A stretch of DNA of 50,444 bases from Cirrosporium novae-zelandiae. Taxonomy: Eukaryota. A model generated the notes under the pieces. That model worked only from the letters and a program-made list of their open reading frames with translations, was not told the origin of the DNA and ran no database searches. The position numbers and the translations under genes are program-made. Below, in pieces: positions 45,081-50,444 of the stretch. The stretch is from contig JAPETS010000029.1 of the NCBI GenBank assembly GCA_026023565.1, positions 372,001-422,444 of the forward strand, read 5' to 3'. Position 1 is the first letter of the stretch, and each line of letters opens with the position of its first letter.

Positions 45081-48000
45081 CAACATTTTTTCAAGATTCG
45101 ATTGACACAATGCTGAGAAGTGAGGTTAATTGGGATGGAAACTAACATTCCAAGTCACGATCAACACCTTTTCAGGTTAAAATGTGGAAAAACGGACCCG
45201 TCGTCATTTAACAAACATGGAGTTATTCCAACACAAAACGAAATCTAAAGAATATACCAATTGTATATTGATGTTTATATTTATACTAAATATCATGATG
45301 GATGATCGAAAAAAGTTTCGACTCAACTTCACAGTGTACTTGAAACGACACTAAAGTGCGTTCAGAATTGCTTGGATTGATGATATCTCCCCAAACACCG
45401 TGACATTTTGGGGCCAATATATATCCAAAAAGGTAAGATGGAACTTTACCTTGAGTAGGATCTCAATATCGGCCGTTAGTTGAAGGATACATCAAAGATT
45501 GCAATAAGAAGTTGTTAAAGATTCAGGGATTTGAAGACATCTAGTATTGCTATGGTATGATCTTTAGAGTACAGAAGTTATCTCCAATTCCACTACATTC
45601 TTTAGCCATCTCCTAGGTATACAAGATAATACTCGCTCAACGTGATTGCTAATTTATGGACAGATCCGGCTCCAATATTCCATACGTTAGAACCCGGTAC
45701 AAACGCCCTTGTCAAATCCCCATTTTGATTGGCAGGCTCCCCATGTCATAAGATGGTTCTATACGCAACTTTGCAGGCAGTTTTAAAGGTGTCTAAATAG
45801 TCTACAAAGTCCATATTGCAAATCCAGTCAAAATTCTAGGGAGGATCACTAAGGTAACAACCATTCCTATCACTCCTATTGAATTCTCAGTGGATTGTCC
45901 GAGGTCTAAAACTCGTAACCCTTTTTACGTGAGTAGACTCGTGGATTTGCTGGTTCTTACATTTACCTGTACCTTTTTTCCGCGGATAGATTTTGAACGT
46001 ACAATGTCCGCCCAAGGCGTGTGAGCCTATTTACCCTTTGTTTCCTAGAAGTGTGCATCACACTGCAATAAGCCCTTTATTCAGCACGACTACTTCTCCC
46101 CAAATAAATAGCAGCCCACTTTGCTTCCCTCTTCCCTACCTAGGACCTACTACTTTAATTCACATTTCTTGAAATAAATTTCCAAGGGAAGTCCTCGCCA
46201 TTGCTCGTTATGTCTCCTTCGGGTTTTTTAAGCGTGCCTTTTCTTATCAACAGCACAAAAACCTGTGATTTAGTAGGTTTCCATAGTGAGAATAAGCCTG
46301 GATTCAAGCGTCCCGAACTCATGGCAGACGCCAAGCGGTATCACATTAGTGCAAATCACAAGTTATCCTTGCCGAACAAAGGTCATGGAGCATTCGAAGG
46401 GCTGCTTAATAGGTTTCTAGTACAGTTTGGGGAGAAGTACTAGGGGGCGGGCGATAGTAATAAGCATAGGCAGCATTTGATTGAAAGACCGGGAGGAGCT
46501 AAAGAAGAGATTGGGGACATTTTTTGCCATGAGGCTATGAATGCGAAGAAGGATATAGTCTGTGATCCCTCTTATTTGTATATGCTGACTTAATAGCTAG
46601 AAAGCTAATAATTCATTATAACTATAGGAAACGCTGAGATATCAATCCGAGTCTGGAACGGAAGGTATTATTGACGGTTAGGAGGTTCAAGCAAAGACAT
46701 GAGTATTAGTCCGTATCATCAAGTGAAAGGAACAGGTGCATAAGTATTCATTCTAGACAGTATTACACCGTGAATATAGGGTCCGATCGGAATGATGAGG
46801 ATGACGAGGTGCTAGGGCCAGAAGAGAGGGAGAGGGAAAATCTATCACATAAGAATAAAAACAGCGGGAAAGACATGTTCAACTCCAACACGAGTGCCGA
46901 TGCGCTTTTTACTTCCTCACAAGTTGGATGGATCGACCGCAAGCACCCTCTTCCGTGTTAACGCGGAGAAAGTTCTAGGTTTCAATCTCGATTACCTACC
47001 TCTACTCTGTCGTTGATCCCCCTATCTACTAGACTACAAGAAATTAACACCTCCACCGCCAACTCACTTACTCCCGCCCCTTCTTCAAGTATAGCACAAT
47101 GCGCACCAAGACATTCCAGCTGATGAGTTCCTCTAGCAATACGTGCCTTGAAGTCGTACACAACCAAGTCGCTTTACACCTTATATCTTTCCCACCCCTG
47201 AACAAATTAACCATATGCACCTCTTCGTCTGTGCCTTAACCCAAGATGAATCCGTGTGCTATTCTCATGTCCCGCTAACCCTTTGCCTTTAATTCGCCAA
47301 ATTCTTTAACACTCTGGCAATACGGTGTCAGCTTGTTGCTGGAGAAATGGGGGCTATTTGGGCAGCAACATACCTATCTAACACTCACCAAGTGCGAATC
47401 AGAAGAGATTATATGAATGGTTAGGTTCACTTCGTGCAGGATTTAGCTTTTCTCTAGAACAACATTGAGGAAAGGGAGGTGTATATCCAGCGAAGAATGT
47501 TTGTTCTTCCTATAAAACTACATATGAGCGTTTTGTGCTTGCCTTCTCTAGATCTTACGTACGCCACGCCAATATGATTTTGGAGGGTCTATGTCCTGAA
47601 TGACTCTCTACCTGAAGGCATTTCAAGACGATGCGCCTTGGGATCAGGCTCGGCTTGTTTTCCTTTGTGATAAATGCTAGATTAGGGTGATGGTATGTTT
47701 GAATAGGAAATTTAATTAATTCTACAGACGGATTTGAAGACGGGGTTGTGATTTTGGTAGCCGGGCTTGCGATGGCATAGAGTCTCAAAGCCGGTGTCTT
47801 CACTAACTAGCTGATAGAAAGTGCTTGTAGCAAATCTACTCTCGGTTACTAATGCTCACTACTCGGGTAATTCCGTAAAGAGTCAACAACGTTGAGGCGT
47901 TGATACACATAGCAATTTCTCAGCTAGGGCATGATAAAGATGGAGCTTCCATGTCTCAAAAACGAGAAGATTGTTAGCACAAATAATTTCAGCTTGATTT

Positions 48001-48639
48001 TATGAAACACTAGGGGCGGGTTTTAGGTTTTAAAGATATATACGCAAGACCGCTTTCGGGGATGGAAAAAAGTTGGTTCATAAACAACAAACAGCAAATA
48101 ACAGGATATGGTGCAGGAGGATTCGTAATAGAAGCTGTGACGGCCATTGATTCCTAGCACTGCCACATGGGCCTCAGGTGTTCTTGTTTGATGTGAGAAT
48201 GACCCCAAGTGGTGTGACTGTATCAGAAGTTGCAGGACATGGACGAATACGAGGAGTGCGAAAGAAAAAGAACAGATAATTAGAAGGAGAGGAAAGGTCG
48301 ACCCAACCTCTTGAGAAATCTCGTGATGCAACTAAACCGTGGGGGATTCCAATCACAAGCTTAGATAAATAAGTGTAGTGTGTAGAAAATACCACCTTTG
48401 CTTCCCATCTAGGCAAATTAATGAAAATTAATTTAATTTATTCTTTCTTGTACGTGTTGTACGCCACCTTGAAATGCAATCTTAAGCTATTGCCGTTTAA
48501 CCTTAGCGTGTTGTGTATATCTACCTTACCGTCTAGTGTGTCCAAGTTCGGTAAATGGGCAACAGGAGGAAAATCCGGGAATCTGTAACACCCCAGTGAC
48601 ATCATTTAATCTTTTAGGTGCTTACTCTCTCTTAAACCC

Positions 48640-50410
48640 ACACATTACAAAAAATAAGTAAATAAATCTTTAAAAAGAAATAAAAAAAGAAACAAAAATA
48701 ACAATCATCTAGGAAAATAAAAATAAAGAATAAAAAAGAAACCTCTTTTGTAAACAATCACGATAATGACCTAAAATCTCTAAGCCACCCTTTGTTTTTT
48801 TTTTGGGCGAACACATAATAATGTACACCACACATATTACAAATATATACACACCCCCCACTCCTCCCCCCCTCCCCACATAAAATTACGTCGTCTCATG
48901 GACCCTTAATTAAAAAAATTACCCTTTTGCTTCATCTAAATCCCTTCCCCGAAAGGAAGAGGGAAAGCTGAGGGTCCCCAGAAAAGACCAACGCATTAAA
49001 ACTTTACTTTCCCATACAGGGTAACACACGCATTACGCATCCCGCATCCTTCCCCTTCTTCTTTTTTTTTTCTCCCCGTGTCTCTTTTTATGTATGCTAT
49101 GACGACGACGACGACGACGATGATGATGATGATGATGATGATGATTATGGTTCCTACAGAAGAAGAGGAGGGGGAGGAAGGAGAAGGAGAAAAAAAATAT
49201 TAATTTCACTTTTCAATTGGATGGAAAAGGAAAGATAACAACATTTGTACTGTACTTTATATATATACATACATACATACATTGACCATTATTACCAAAT
49301 CAGTTAATATCACGAAATCAACAAATCAACCTCTACTAGACAAGTAACACAACGCAAAATACGATATAAACGACGCCAACCACACACTCACTCTCTTATA
49401 CAACATTCTTTTAACACACACCCACACCCACACCCACACACGAAACCCTTCCCCATTCCCCATTTCATCATAAGCCAAAACAAACACACACGTCATCCCC
49501 CATCACCCTTATCCTTCTTTATTTTTCTCAAACCATAGATGATGATGAGGAGGAATGATGATGCTGCTGATGCTTGCTGATAATAATTAAAATCTGTTAC
49601 GAGCTTTTTTAGGGTTTTTTTTTCATACCTAATTACTTGTAGCTTTACCCAAATGCCAATGCCAGCTCAGCCTTCTCTTCTTCCTACTGTAGATACCCTG
49701 CTCTCCCGCACTGTCTTCTGTTTTATGTATGTTCCTAAATGTGTAGTCCATGTAATGCAACAAACTACGTACCTTGGTAGCCGACAACGACGCCAGCCCT
49801 GTCTCTCAATCCGCATCCAACATCCGCCGCCATCTCTCATCATTCCCTTGGCGCGCGCCCAAGTCAGGTCCCAAAGGAACTGAACCCCAACCTCCCTTTT
49901 GCCTTTTTTTTCACAGCTATGACTCGTGTGTATATACACAATCCCATGTATATGCAAGCATGTATGTATACATTCCTTCAACAAATTGAAAAAAAAGAAA
50001 GAAAACAAATTTAAAAACAAACAAAAAACAATCGTCATTGCTTTTGTCATCGCACATTAAACCATAGTTTCCAGGGTCCAATATCCACCCGCCAGGTAAT
50101 CGACTCCCCCGGCCCCTCCCCCTCCAGCCCTTTAGATATTATGAGCAACTATCATCGTCATCGTCACGTTATCCTTAACAAAACAAAAAAAGCCCGATTT
50201 TTTAATTTTTTTCTTGAAATAATCTTGTTTATTTTGTTTTGTTGTATATTGTAAATATAGTAAAGTATAAGGGGTACGTATCTAATAATTACATTACATA
50301 CTTTCAAGGATCAAAAAAAAAAAAAAAGCCTACGTCGTCTTAATAAATCTCGTATCCAACCAAAGTTGTTATTATGTACGCAACAACTACTTACTCGGCT
50401 CCATATCCAC

Positions 50411-50444
<34 letters not shown>
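48640..50444. repeat. Low-complexity terminal tract: A-runs, (GAC)6(GAT)9 at 49101-49145, (TACA)n near 49265, (CACACC)n near 49420, C31 at 50412-50442
   Basis: Read directly from the sequence; no credible coding region. Confidence 0.85.

Noticed and set aside
48400..50444. Possible telomere or subtelomere
   Set aside because: No tandem TTAGGG/CCCTAA or other telomeric repeat array is present.

Overview
Eukaryotic nuclear DNA from a filamentous ascomycete. The short GT-AG introns (49-132 nt) with CTAAY-type branch sites and the protein sequences suggest Pezizomycotina, probably Eurotiomycetes (inference). I support 12 protein-coding genes and hand-spliced six of them (SYF2, a COQ11-like epimerase, a NOSIP-like RING protein, an RCR-family PY-motif membrane protein, a DUF3752/GPALPP1 protein, MSH1). 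The other six are single ORFs: BRR2, a small velvet-like protein and four hypothetical proteins. The ends and several intergenic tracts are low-complexity and microsatellite-rich. I found no rRNA, tRNA, CRISPR array, telomere repeat or recognisable transposon. No clearly novel multi-gene system can be proven from sequence alone. Best leads: (1) a stand-alone 162-aa velvet-like domain gene with a long ATG-free leader; (2) three head-to-head pairs, each coupling a spliceosome-associated gene with a known or predicted mitochondrial gene; (3) candidate alternative splicing at a NAGNAG acceptor next to the MSH1 mismatch-recognition motif and at a stop-free in-frame intron in the DUF3752 gene. Family assignments come from motif recognition, not database searches.
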